From the NCBI RefSeq assembly GCF_004010195.1, contig NC_057728.1:53216174-53280173 (forward strand): a stretch of DNA of 64,000 nucleotides. The letters are read 5' to 3'. Origin of the DNA: Chiloscyllium plagiosum. Taxonomy: Eukaryota. A model generated the notes under the pieces. That model was given only the letters and a program-made list of their open reading frames with translations, ran no database searches and was not told the DNA's origin. Of this stretch, positions 11,350 through 24,364 are shown piece after piece. Each line of letters starts with the position of its first letter. Positions within the stretch are counted from its first letter, which is position 1. The position numbers and the translations under genes are program-made.

Positions 11350-11355
11350 AATAAA
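11350..11355 (+). promoter_or_regulatory. Probable polyadenylation signal of the LRR gene
   Basis: AATAAA about 290 bp after the stop codon, followed by T/GT-rich sequence. Confidence 0.6.
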
Positions 11356-11510
11356 AAAACTCCTTTCCATGTTTGAGCTGTTGTGACTCAGTGTCTTTGA
11401 GATTTAATCAAAGTACTTGAATATCAACACACAATCAATACATAAGCTTACATCATGTAATTGATCCATTAGCAGCAGATCAATAGCTGCACATCAGAAT
11501 AATATATTGT

Positions 11511-11795
11511 GGGTAGCACACTGGCACAACACTGCTGCTTTACAGTGCCAGGGACCTGAGTTCGATTATAGCCTTGGTTGATTGTCTGTGTGGAGTTTGC
11601 ACATTCTCACCGTGTCTGCGTGAGTTTCTGCCAGATGCTCCAGTTTCCTTCTGCAGTCTAAAGATGTGCAGGGTAGTTGGATTGGACATGGGAAATACAG
11701 AGATGTGGTGGGTCTGGATGGGATGCTCTTTGGAGGATTGGTGCATACTTAATGGGCCGAATGACCTCTATCTGCACTGTAGGGATTCTATGAGG
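11511..11795 (+). mobile_element. HE1-like SINE
   Basis: Same head, V-domain and tail as 1036-1325. Confidence 0.85.
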
Positions 11796-12040
11796 TGAAT
11801 GTTTTTTACTGTAGGATTTCCTTCATGGGTCTTATTCTCACACCTTGCTCAGCCTGTGCAATTGAGGGTCCTTACCACACAAAATGTTAACTGGTGTTAT
11901 GGACCTGGCCAGGCCCCTCAAAACTTGTCAAGAAGTACCCCAGACCCTCACCCTGTTATTGTTTTAAGCAGGTGTAATGTGGATATTCCAGGAGAGATGC
12001 TGCTAGTCAAACCACTTAGTTTTATACAAAACAGAATTTA

Positions 12041-14896
12041 TCGGGATGATCACCTCACTGGGATTGTATTATAGACTCCCTAATAGTCAGAAGGAAATTG
12101 AGAAACAAATTTGCAAGGAGATCTCAGTTATACCGAGTTTTGAGAAGATCCCCATCTACCACCCCCTGAGAAAAGGAACAGGAAGTGACTTCACCACAGG
12201 AAATGACATCACCACAGGAAATTACATCACCAACCCAAAGAAACCCAGACATGTAAAAAGAAAGCAGGAATTTTCACCAGTGCTTTGCCTGAGGCCCATT
12301 GAAGATGTGGGTCTGTACGCCGAGCTGGGAATATGTGTTGCAGACGTTTTGTCCCCTGTCTAGGTGACATCCTCAGTGCTTGGGAGCCTCCTGTGAAGCC
12401 CATTGAAGATGTTATCTAGTATGGTGATGAAACATCTGGAAATGAACCTTCAAGCTCAGCGAGCAAACCTACATCCAAAATCTCAGTTATCTGAAAGAAT
12501 AATAGGGTGATTATGGGGATCTTAACTTTCCAAACATAGACTGGGACTGCTTAGTGTTAAGGGTTTAGATGGAGAGGAATGTTTTAAGCATGTACAAGAA
12601 AATTTTCTGATTCAGTATGTGGATATACCTATTGAGAAGGTGCAAAACTTGACCTACTCTTGGGAAATAAGGCAGGGCAGGTGACTGAGGGGAGCACCTT
12701 GGGGCCAGCGACCATAATTCTATTATTTTTAAAAGAATAATGGAAAAAGATAGACCAGATCTAAAAGGCCAATTTTGATGATATTAGGTAAGAATTTTCA
12801 AAAGCTGATTGGGAGCAGATGTTTGCAGGTAAAGGGACGACTGGAAAATGGGAAGCCTTCAGAAAATAAGATAACGAGTGTCCAGACACAGTATATTCCT
12901 GTTAGGGTGAAAGCAAAGGCTGGGGAATGCTGGATAACTAGAGAAATTGAGAGTTTGATTAAGAAAAACAAGGAAGCATAAGTAAGGTATAGACAGTATA
13001 GATCGAGTGAATCCTTACAAGAGTTTCAAGGCAGTAGGAGTATACTTAAGAGGGAAATGAGAAGGGCAAAAAGGGGACATGAGATAGCTTTGGCAAATAG
13101 AGTTAACAAGAATCCAAAGGGTTTTTATAAATACATTAAGGACAAAGGGGTAACTAGAGAGAGAATAGGGCCCCTCAAAGATCAGCAAGGTGGCCTTTGT
13201 GTGGAGCCGCAGAAAATGGGGGAAGATACTAAATGAGTATTTTGCATCAGTATTTACTGCGGAGAAGGACATGGATTATATAGAATGTAGGGAAATAGAT
13301 GGTGACATCTTTAAAAATGTCCATACTATAGAGGAGAAAGTGCTGGATGTTTTGAAACACATAAAAGTGGATAAATGCCCAGGATTGGATCAGGTGCACC
13401 CTAGAACTCTGTGGAAAGCTAGGAAAGTGATTGCTGGGCCTCTTGATATTTGTATCATCGATAGTCACAGGTGAGAATCCGGAAGACTGGAGGTTGGCTA
13501 ACGCGGTGCCACCGTTTATGGTAGGTGGTAAGGACAAGCCAGGTAACTATAGACCAGTGAACCTGACCTCGGTGGTGGGCAAGTTGTTGGAGGGAATCCT
13601 GAGGGACAAGATGTACATGTATTTGGAAAGGCAAGGACTGATTCGGGATAGTCAACATGGCTTTGTGCGTGGGAAATCATGTCTCACAAACTTGATTGAA
13701 TCTTTTGAAGAAGTAACAAAGAGGATTGATGAGAGCAGAGCAGTAGATGTGATCTATATGGACTTCAGTAAGGCGTTTGACAAGGTTCCCCATGGGAGAC
13801 TGATTAGCAAGGTTAGATCTCATGGAATACAGGGAGAACTAGCCATTTGGATACAGAACTGGCTCAAAGGTAGAAAACAGAGGGTGGTGGAGGAGGGTTC
13901 CTTTTCAGACTGGAGGCCTGTGACTAGTGGAGTGCCTCACGGATCAGTGCTGGGTCCTCTAATTGTAATCATTTATATAAATGATTTGGATGTGAGCATA
14001 AAAGGTACAGTTAGTGGGTTTGCAGGTGACACTAAAATTGGAGGTGTAGTGGACAGCAAAGAGGGTTACCTCAGATTACAACAAGATCTTGATCAGATGG
14101 GCCAATGGGCTGTGAAGTGGCAAATGGAGTTTAATTTAGATAAACATGAGGTGCTGCATTTTGGGAAAGCAAATCTTAGCAGGACTTGTACACTTAATGG
14201 TAGGATCCTAGGGAGTGTTGCTGAACAAAGAGACCTTGGAGTGCAGGTTCATAGCTACTTGAAAGAAGATTCGCAGGTGGATAGGATAGTGAAGGAGGCA
14301 TTTGGTATGCTTTCCTTTATTGGTCAGAGTATTGAGTACAGGAATTGGGAGTTCATGTTGCGGCTGTACAGGACATTGGTTAGATTACATTAGGAATATT
14401 GTGTGCAATTCTGGTCTCCTAGATGTGAAACTTGAAAGAGTTCAGAAAAGATTTACAAGGATGTTGCCAGGGTTGGAGGATTTGAACTATAGGGAGAGGC
14501 TGAACAGGCTGGGGCTGTTTTCCCTGGAGCATTGAAGGCTGAGGGGTGACCTCATAGAGGTTTACAAAATTATGAGGGGCATGGATAGGATAAATAGACA
14601 AAGTCCCTTCACTGGGGTGGGGGGAGTCCAGAACTAGAAGGCATAGATTTAGGGTGAGAGGGGATAAAAGAGTTATGTGTGGTACCTTTTCACGCAGAGG
14701 GTGGTACGTATGGAATGAGCTGCCAGAGGAAGTGGTGGAGGCTGGTACAATTGCAACATCGTATATGAATAGGAAAGGTTTGGAGGAATATGGGCCAGGT
14801 GCTGGCAGGCGGGACTAGATTGGGTTGGGATATCTGGTTGGCATGGACGAGTTGGACCGAAGGGTCTGTTTCCATGCTGTACATCTCTATGACTCT
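12041..14896 (+). mobile_element. CR1 LINE (HER1-like), endonuclease C-terminus to 3' tail, defective
   Basis: ORF 13431-14393 has NYRPVNLTSVVGKLLE, QHGF, DFSKAFDKV and GVPHGSVLGP. Catalytic motif is mutated (FAGD). Stops and frameshifts. Tail ctctatgactcta. Confidence 0.95.
12132..12479 (+). mobile_element. Penelope fragment in CR1, containing a second PLE-family insertion (12309-12397, minus)
   Basis: Outer TSD atctcagttat (12121-12131 and 12480-12490). Inner TSD gcccattgaagatgt (12294-12308 and 12398-12412). Confidence 0.85.
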
Positions 14897-16319
14897 ATTT
14901 ACAAGGCTACTGAGTGAAACACAAACAAAGGAGAACAAAATACAGAATAACTTAACCTATCCAAAAACCTGACAGATTATACCAATTTAATGATGCTATT
15001 CTCAATACTTGTAACAATTTCCATAAACACCCCTTGGCACAAAAGAAACAATCAAACCCAGGGTCTTGCAGGAGAGATGTCAGGGAGAGAGGACCAGCCT
15101 GGACCTGTTTCTTTGTTCCAGCAGCTTCAAAGAACTACTGCTAAAACTGAAACCAAACCAGAGTGAAGCTGAGCTGGGAGAACTGGCCACGCCCCTTTCA
15201 TTGTGCAAGTGTTTTTTTTTCAAAAACTTGAAATGCTATTGGCTGAGGCAGTATCTGTTAGCTATATTCAAATTGGCTCCAAAACCCTTCAACTTGGACT
15301 TTTAGGAGTCTGTGTCTTTTACGACCTCTCTGGAAAAAAAACCATGGACATCATAACCTTGTTAAAGGGAGCAGCTTGTCACACTGGTCTTATCTAACAA
15401 ACTTCATTGTAAAACTTTCTCTTGACCTCTCTCTCCAGCATTGACACCCCTTTGGGATCGGAATTGCAGATCTTCAGTGAAGGGGGTGTTTCGTCACCTT
15501 ACCCCTGATTGACCTGGCTCTCATGTCAATGTTTGGTTGGACTGATCCTCTAGGAGAAGGAGATTCTCTGTCAAGTGTCTCAACTCAGTTAGTCATCTTA
15601 ACCACCTTGATTAGATTACCCCAGCTCGTATATGAGGGGATGCAAGCCCATGTGAACTGGTCTCATTGTTTAACCTTTATAACAGCGCTTCCCAAAGTGG
15701 GGGAGTTGGTGTCCTGAGTGGAGCCAATGGCTGATATTTTGGGGTCCCCTACTGTGAGGCAGCAACAAACACTGTAGAGTTCAACATCCCTCACCCAATG
15801 TTTACACCTAAAACCTGTCTCCCACTCTCTCAGAGTGCATGAGGGATCCTGACAATTGTTAAACCTCGAAATGAGGTCACAGTGGGAAAGGTTTGGGCAG
15901 CAATGCACATCTTGATGTGGTTCCAGTGAATCTGCTTTGAACCCCTTCCAGAATTGATGCAATCAATCTTGAGGTGAAGTTCCCAGAATTGAATGAAATA
16001 ATCCAGGTAATGTCTAACCAGAATTCTGTCCAGCTTGAAAATGACTTTGAACTCCAGACTCCTATCCCCTTAAGTTTTAGTGATTTCTGTGTGTGGACCA
16101 CAAAATCTTTCTGCACTTCTCATTAATTAGAACAGACTCTTCTTTTGGAATCTCTGAAAAATAGAGTATCACACTTCCCCCATATGGATTATATCTGTCA
16201 CAGTTTTGCCCATTCACTCAATCTATCAATGCTTTTACAATTGCTGTCCCATCTACACTTATACTTATGATGCTACTATGGTGTAGCAACAAACATAGGT
16301 ACATGACCTACCTCAGTTA

Positions 16320-16605
16320 TACTCTCTTCCACTGGGCAGAAGATACACAAGTTTGAAAATAAGTACCAATAGATTCCAGAACAGCTTCTTCCCTGCTGTT
16401 ATCAGACTTATCAACTTCCTCTCGTATGTTAGAGTTGATCTTTCTCTGCACCTTCTCTGTAGCTGTAATACTATATTGTGCATTCTCTTCTATTAGCCTG
16501 ATATAGTTATACAGTATAAGGTATGATTTATCTGGTTTGCAAGCAAAACAATACTCTTCACTCTCTCAGTCCATGTGATAATATTAAATCAATCAGAATC
16601 TAAAT
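16320..16605 (+). mobile_element. Rex1/Babar-like LINE 3' end
   Basis: Translates LPLGRRYTSLKISTNRFQNSFFPAVIRL, like Rex/Babar RT C-termini. Followed by a 3' UTR and (aatc)n tail. Confidence 0.7.
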
Positions 16606-17024
16606 CAATTATAGACTTGGTGAAGAGCTGAGGCACTAACCAAATCTCTGGGGACACCACAAATCATGATTTGCCAACAGAAATGCACGCATTTTCTGAA
16701 GAAATTCAGGATAAAAATGGTTAATTAGCATTAACAAAACAATCCTCAGTCCAGGCGACCCTCCAAACAGCCTGAAGTCAAACTTTACATTTATGACAGG
16801 GATAACAGTGTGGATGAGCCATCTTATCTTGTCACTGGAAGAGGATAATTGTGTATTTTGTAAAGCTTTTGCCGTGAATAAATCAATAGAGAATTGGATA
16901 TTGGAGCTTCATTTTGCTAGGAGAGTAACTCTGGTCTGTATTATTGTCAGCTGCATTCCATTATCATGCTGAACATAATTACTTAACCTGAGCTGTTAAA
17001 AAAAACAGGATAATACTCAGGATT

Positions 17025-17375
17025 TAGAGTTGTAGAGTCATATAGCGCAGAAGCATGTTGAGTAGATGTCCCAATCTGATCTTGTCTCATATGCCAACAT
17101 TTGACCAATATCCCTTTAAACCCTTCCTATTCATATACCCACCCAGGGGCCTTCTAAATGTTGCATATATACCCACCTCTACCACTTTCTCTGAGAGTTT
17201 GCTTGCACCATCCTCTGCCTGAAAAAGTTACCCCTCAGGTCCCTTTTTAAAATTTTTCCCTCTCACCTTAAACCTTTGCCCTCTGGTTTTGGAAGATGAT
17301 CTTGGATATTCACCATATTCATGCCCCTCATGTTTTATTAAGCTCTATAGGGTTACTCCTCGGTCTCCGACACTC
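17025..17375 (-). mobile_element. CR1 (HER1-like) 3' fragment
   Basis: Degenerate match to 6001-6380. Confidence 0.75.
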
Positions 17376-18114
17376 CATTTATTGAAAAATTTATATATTT
17401 TGAGACAAGTGAGGAAGAGGTAAATCAGTTCCCATTCTTTCAATCTCCTTAGCAACCATCTATATTTCTCCCACAAATGAAATGTGGTTAACTAGTTTTT
17501 AGCTAAGTTTATTACCTGCTAACCTCAAAAAAACTGAAAGACCTTAAGTCAACCATACAACCTTCAGGCAGTCAGCACAAACACACACACACGTATGTTA
17601 AAGTTAAAACAAAATAATGTTGGGTGCCCCTGAGGAATTAGATTTTAACTGAGATCACGCGTGGTTGGCTGTGAGCAGAGAAGAAATGAACTTTTCAAAT
17701 CTCCATTCCGTGGATGTTTCCTTCTGAGCAGCAGCACATTTTTCTTTTCGACAATTCAGAGAAAGTGTTCACCAGCCGAATAAAAGCAAAGTACTGCAGA
17801 CGCTGGAGATCTGAAATAAAATCGGAAAGACCAGTGGGTTTCTGTGGTGAGAGAAACAGAGTTTACAGGGGGATTCTTGTATGGGTCTGAGTGATATGGG
17901 CTATGGCAGGATTTGTGGCAAAACCAAATGCAAGGTCAGATGAGGCTTATGTCAGAATCAGATGCAACTCATTCCATCTTTTGCTAAGAGATGTAACAAG
18001 TCACTTCCTAAGATGCCAGTTATGGGGGATTATTGCTTGTCAAACATCTCATTAATGACCCAATTTTCAGCATTAGTATTCAGATTGCTATCTTGGCAAA
18101 TGCACTAACAAATT

Positions 18115-18955
18115 CCGGACATGCCTTGGCGTGCCCATTTGTCACCAGGCGGTGGGAATTCGCAATGGAGGGATCTCTACGCAAAAGTCCTCGCTTTTTC
18201 ACTTGGGGATCTGGGGTGGACGGTGCCGCACGCAGCGGTCTCCTGCAACTGCGGATTGCAGTGGTTCATGGACTCCCAGCCCAACTGCTTTTTCTGAGGT
18301 GCTATGGAGTCCGTAGACCATGTATATATTAGGTGTGGGTGTCTGCACTCCCTTTTTGATTTTCTTAAAAACCTTCTCCTCTGTTTTCGATTGCACATCA
18401 GTCTCACGCTCCTGATCTTCGGGTACCCTGTGCGGAGGAGGGAGGGCAGATCTGAGGACCTCCTCATGGGTCTGCTCCTAGGCCTGGCCAAACTGGCCAT
18501 AAAAGGGTCCAGGCAGCGGGCCATGGAGGGGGTCGTTGGGGCCGACTGCCTGTTCCTCTTCCGCAGTTACAGTCTGAGCTTGAGTGTCCCTGGAGAAGGC
18601 GTCTACCAACTCCCTTGAGCTGTTCAGGGAGAGGTGGGTGCCGCAGGGAGTGGAGTGCTTTATTTTCCCCTCCAACTTTATTTTGATTTAATCCTTGCCC
18701 TCTCCTTCACTGTTTGATCACACAGCATTGTCCTTTGATGTGAAGGGTACTGCTTGTCACTGGCCACTTGGGTGTTTCTTTTCTTCCTAGTGGTGGAAAT
18801 TGAATAAAGATTTGTACACTTATTGTCTTTCACTGTGTCTCACACCTGCACACACATACAACATGGGTGCTGGGGAAAATATAAGCAGTATTATACTTAG
18901 GCGTAGCGTGGGGGGGGGGGGGGGGGGTAAAGAAAAGAAAAAAAGAGAGAAAATA
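18115..18955 (+). mobile_element. Tx1/L1-clade LINE 3' fragment
   Basis: ORF2 C-terminus with Cys/His knuckle (..ESVDHVYIRC) and LLLGLAKLAI motif. 3' UTR with AATAAA, G run and A-rich tail. Confidence 0.8.
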
Positions 18956-19329
18956 CATAACCAGGAGATTTAGAGTGTCCTTAGTTTAGGGGACTGACTC
19001 TGTGCTAAAAAAAAGGAAAAAAATTGCACTAATAAGCTAGAGAAATCCTGCCATGGAAATCAGAAATTTAGCTCACTGCTATCTCAAAGAATTTTCATAT
19101 TGCACAGTCCTGTAAGGACCACAGCGCACAATCCATGCACGCCAGCTGTTACATCCCCCCTCCAGAGATTGGCATTGGCCAGCATCACCGTCACGGCACC
19201 TCTTTGACACACACTGGCCACTCAGGAAGCACAGACTTGCATTGCAGGCCATTGCAGCAACATTGAAAGACTGCTACGCTGGCATTTTTGCACATAGCAA
19301 CAGGCACCCAGCTCATGGTTTGCATAGTT

Positions 19330-19622
19330 AGATTCATAGAATCCCCAGAGTGTAGATAGAAGCCATTTGGCCATTGGAGTCCACATTGACCCTTCAAAAA
19401 GCATCTCACCCTGACCCACCATACCCTGTCCTTGTAATCTAGCATTTCCCATGGTCAGTCCACCTAACCTGCGCATCTTTGGATTGTGGGATGAAACTGG
19501 AGCACTTGGCGGAAACCCATGGGGAAACTGTGCAAACTCCACACAGTCACCTGAAGCTTGAATCAAACTTGGGTTCCTGGTGCTGGGAGGTAGCTGTGTT
19601 TACCACTGAGCCAATGCACCAC
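19330..19622 (-). mobile_element. HE1-like SINE
   Basis: Reverse complement of the 1036-1325 family. Confidence 0.85.
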
Positions 19623-20974
19623 CGGAGTCTGAATACTTGCTATTTTGGTGCTCTCTCACTTACCGCATACCCGGATGCTTACACCCTCCATTCCTTGCCT
19701 TGCTGTGCCAATGAGCCCAGTTACAGACCAAGGAAACATACCTTGCTGGTCAGCAGTCCTCAAACAAGGGAGCGTGCATCTTGCCTTCTGGCTGTATACA
19801 CACATCAATGTCACATGGCAAACTTAATGCGCGTACACAAACAAGTAACTGGATCTTAATATCTTAGGGGAAATAGTCTGCAGCAAAGTCCATGTCAGGG
19901 GCCCCAGTCATAACAAGTCAAGGGCAGCCTCCGATACCAGTCCACAGAATTGGCCACAGTGGCATCTAGTTGCTGTGTTCCTGGTCAGGGGCTCTGTGCC
20001 TCTCTACTCTGGGGGGTGGAATCACAGTAAGTACATGGAACTCCATAATGGGGCCAATCCTAGGGTAGGCTTATTGTGGTTGGGGGCATATACAACCATC
20101 AGTCAGTGGGTTGGACCCTTCTCATTTGGGACTATACAGTCAAGGGGAGGTGGGCCACAGTCAGTCCATGGTGAGGATCACTCCTGGCTTGAAGGGGCAG
20201 AAAGTGTATGACCACACTTGGCATGGGCCTGGGGGTGGGGTAAGGTGGGCAGGTGCAGGCACGTGTTGAAAAGGTTGAGTGGGGACCTGGGGAGGAATGA
20301 ACTGATGAGAAGGGCTATCAGGGAATGGAGCCTATACACTGCCTTACCAACAGGTAGAGGTGGGGGCTGCAGGAGGTCAAGGAGTGCTCACAGTCTCCTT
20401 CCAGGATTGCTAGAAATCAAAAGCATGCAATGAGGAAGAAAATGGATGGGACCACACTCAGTGGATGTGGTAAGTGACTCAACCCGTGAAGGATGGTCTG
20501 CAAGACCCATTGATGTGAGGTTCTTTATAGGGCAACAGTATTACACACAGACACCTAATCCCTGGTGATTCTAACACTTTGGCTCCCTATATTCTGTGCA
20601 CCAGACTCACTGACTACCTCATTACCAACAGCACATTTGGACACAGAGGCAGGGAGAGAATAGGGCTGTTATAGGATGGGTTTCTAATGGATAACAGTAG
20701 GTATCCTATCTCCAGAAATAGAAACTGAAAAGTCAAGGAAGGGAAGACTTAGAGATGGACCAGGTGAAGGTAGGAGAGAGATGAAAATTGAAAAACCAAA
20801 ATGTCTACCATTAGATGAGATCCTATGATTGGATAACACTTTTTGAACAATCCCAATTGAGCTGGATAATGCAAAGTGGGCAAAGAATCATGCTGACAAT
20901 TAATTTAAGGTTCTTTTGTTGAACTTGCAGTGTATTAAACTTCTGAGCACTGGAACTTAAATATATTTAAACAC

Positions 20975-21198
20975 GGGAATCGATTCAGCTCAGTTGGCTG
21001 GATTGTTGGCTCACAGAGCAGTGTGATACCAACAGAATGGGTTCAATTCCCATCACCGGTTTGAGGTTACCATGAAGGACTCTCCTTCTCAACCCCTTCC
21101 CTCGCCTGAGGTCTGGTGGCCCTCTGGTTAAATCACCATCAGTCGCTTCCGTCTAATGAGAGAGCAGCCCCTTAGGCCTGGTAAGACTATGGCAACCC
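20975..21198 (+). mobile_element. tRNA-derived SINE (further copies 58085-58245 and 61820-62040, minus)
   Basis: agctcagttgg (A box) and gggttcaattccc (B box). Shared body gaggttaccatgaaggactctccttctcaacc. Confidence 0.75.
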
Positions 21199-22074
21199 AA
21201 CAAAAACAACATATTAAAACACAGGGCTATTGGATCAAAGGGAACAATGGATGGGCAACAGATGACTCCCACAACCCATAAGTGAGTTAAAGAATGTTTC
21301 CACGATTCTACAGAATCTGTAAATCAGGGAGTTAGTCAAAACTATTGATTTGGAAAGAACCATTTGGATTTACATAGACACTGAAATTGAAGCAGCGAAA
21401 ACATAGATGTTGTTTGAAAGTAGGGAGAAGTAGGGAAAGTAGGAATCTCATCCGTTCTGATGTTTAATAGGAAAACATTTCAAAACGTGCCAACAGCTTC
21501 CTGTCCAGCTGTCCTGCAATCTGTATCATTTAAGAAATGAATGCACCCAATCAAAGCACAAGTGTTCTAACCACAAGCTAACAGCTGATCAAAATGCTGG
21601 ACCCCTTGACCTTTCTAAAGAATATTTCTGCTGTGGGTTCACACTGTCAGAGAACACATCAGTTTCCTTGGATATTTCATTGGCAGGCAAGATGCTAATT
21701 TTGGTTCCGGAGTTTTTTTCCCACATCCACTCTACACCCAAACTAAAATAGCTGTTCAATTCTAAACATACTGATCTGAAATTAAGTGAAAACTGCTACG
21801 TGATGACGATATGGATGAACTGGAATTAAGACAGGAGTTCTCAACATAACTTGATTTTGCAATTCCCTGATGTATTCAACTTCAGATTTACTTGCTGTAG
21901 ATTGCAGTGCGTAAATAGGCTTGGTGCACAACATAACCCACTTATGGTCTGCTGTACATACACTTGTCCTAAAATCTTGTTCATCTGTCTGGCAACAAAG
22001 CCTCTACCACCTCCTTGAGCCCATACAGCAAGTGTAAGGCACCAGAAAAGCACATTTGTCAGCCTACACAGAAA

Positions 22075-22500
22075 CACAAGAACAGGAATAGGCCATTCAA
22101 CCCCTCAGGTCACTTCTGCCATTTAATGAGATCAGGGCTAATTTGTGGTCTAATAATATAAACCGGTCTTGGAGTCCATATTCTTAATACTTTTGCCTAA
22201 TGAAGATTTATCTCAGATTTAAAATTAATAACTGACCCAGCATCAACTGCTGTTTGTGAAAGAGAATTCCAAACGTGCGTGCAGACTCTTGTATGTGGAA
22301 GTACTTCTCAACATCTCTTCTGAATGGTCTGACCCTAACTCTTGGACCATACCCCTCATTCAAGAATCTCCAACCAGAGGAAATAATTTATTATCTACCC
22401 TGTTTTTCCTATTAATATTTCAAGACTTTGACCACATACCCCCATAATCTTTTAAATTTTAGAGAGAAAACAGGCTTAATTCATGCAATCTCTTCTCTTA
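22075..22500 (-). mobile_element. Old CR1 3' fragment
   Basis: gaacaggaataggccattcaacccctc-type CR1 tail followed by degenerate ORF2 end. Confidence 0.65.
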
Positions 22501-23989
22501 ACCCCTGACTCTCATTTTTGTCAACTTACATTGTAGAAGAGATAATAGCATTGGAGGGAGTACAAAGTGTGGGATCCAGATCTGCTCACAGTACTCCAAG
22601 CGGACTCCTGGCATTCCCTCCCTAAGGGCTGTGCATCAACCCTAAACCACATGGACTGCAGTGGTTCAAGAAAGCAGTTCACCACCACCTTCTCAAGGGC
22701 AACTAGGGATGGCAATAAATGTTGGCCCAGTCAGTTGATAAAAGAAAACTCAAATTTCACCATCTGCCATGGTGGGAGTTGACCCCATGTTCTCAGCCCA
22801 TTCGCCTAATGTTTTGGAATCCTCATTCAGTGACTTGCCTTTAAACAACCACTTCCAGATTATGGGAAATTTATTTGGGAGAGGTGTCTACTGCTCAGAA
22901 TTATACTTAGATAATTTGAATTTATTTGTTCAGAGACTTTAGTACATTTCTCCAGAGAAGATATGATTTCAAACTGGGACTCCTAGCACAGAGGTAAGGA
23001 CACTATAGCTGCACCACAGGAGACCCCAGCAATGGTGAAATCTTTTGTAATTAACCTGCTCAGCCCAGTTATTACACACCTCTGGAGCAATGGGACTTGA
23101 ACCCAAGTGTCCTATTTCAGACATAGGGACTCTATCACTGCCCCATAAGCCTCTTACCCCCAGTAGTAATCATTGGAATGCAATCAACCATTTTATAATT
23201 CACAATCTGATTCATTGCTTAAGATTGCAGATGTCATCAATAATCTCAACTGGTCATTTTAATTCACTTGTATTGAGTGTTAACAGCCCTAGTTAAAGTG
23301 GGATTAAGTGACAGCTGGATTGCATCATGGAATTCCAGCTCCCAGAAGTTAACATTTGACATGTTTAACAAATAAACACTAAAATGGCCAGTGAGCGGGG
23401 AATGAAGCAAATTACAATGGATTGATTTAATTATAAACTCTGAAATAGTGTAAATTAGACATTCAAAAGTGAGTGGGTGCAACTTGCTCAAGCTTATTAT
23501 TTAAATCAGGGCTGAAGCGAAGTTTCTTCCTTCAGAATGTGCGAATCTGTGGAATTCTTCACCACAGAGGGCTGTGGAGGCTGGGTTGTTAAGTATATTC
23601 AAGGCTGTGATGGGCAGATTTTTAATCAAGAAAGGATTCAAGAGTTGAAGATTATCAGGGCAGACATAATCTCATTGAATGGTGGAGCAGACTCGATGGG
23701 CTGAATGGCCTACTTTTGCTCCTGTGTCTTATGATCTTAAGATCTGAAAAAATATCAAGAAACCACCTGTGAAAGCCAATCCTGCTCTGAAGCCTGTTGC
23801 ATTTTGGCTGTTGAGTGTGATTTTATTTTCAAATCAACATGTTATAGTCACATGTGATGCATTTCTAGAGCAGGATTTGAACCCAGGTCTTCTGGTCAAA
23901 TGGTAGACAATATTACCATTGTGTCATAAGAGTCCAATCAATGTGATTATTAGCTGAGGGTGTCATACTGAACAATCAAGATCTAATTG

Positions 23990-24320
23990 GGTGGACTAAT
24001 ACAGAGATGCTGGTGGCATATTTACAGTGCTATTGATAGGTGACACAGTAACACTGATAAATTATATAAAGTGGAATTGGTGGAACATAGAATAACATTG
24101 GTGGGTTATACAGTGTTATTGGTGGATCACTAAGTGCTGATAATCAGTTGTAGGGTGGTGTTGCCAAATTATAGAATGGTGTCAAAGGGTTACTGGATGA
24201 ATTTGGTGCGTTACTGGATGGTGTAGGGCAGTTACAATGTGGTGTTCGGTTATCCTGGGTTTTGGAGGATTACTGAGTGATGTGGGTGAGATGTAGGATA
24301 TTGTTCAATGGGTTCTGACG
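23990..24320. repeat. Degenerate ~21-bp minisatellite
   Basis: Recurrent ttggtgg-ttatacagtgtta-like units at ~21-bp spacing. Confidence 0.55.
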
Positions 24321-24364
24321 AGAATCTTCCCGTATAATTTGTGGTATCTCCCAATATTACAGTG

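Larger units (their letters stand above)
11895..15383 (-). mobile_element. Solo LTR (11895-12040 plus 14897-15383) split by a CR1 insertion
   Basis: TG...CA termini (tgttatg...tgtcaca). 4-bp TSD ctgg (11891-11894 and 15384-15387). Rejoining the halves gives tttatt, i.e. AATAAA on the minus strand. Confidence 0.75.

Noticed and set aside
13431..14393. Functional or domesticated reverse transcriptase gene
   Set aside because: The catalytic motif is mutated (FAGD; FAHD in the 6356-7096 copy) and the ORF is flanked by frameshifts and stops. It is an ordinary CR1 relic.
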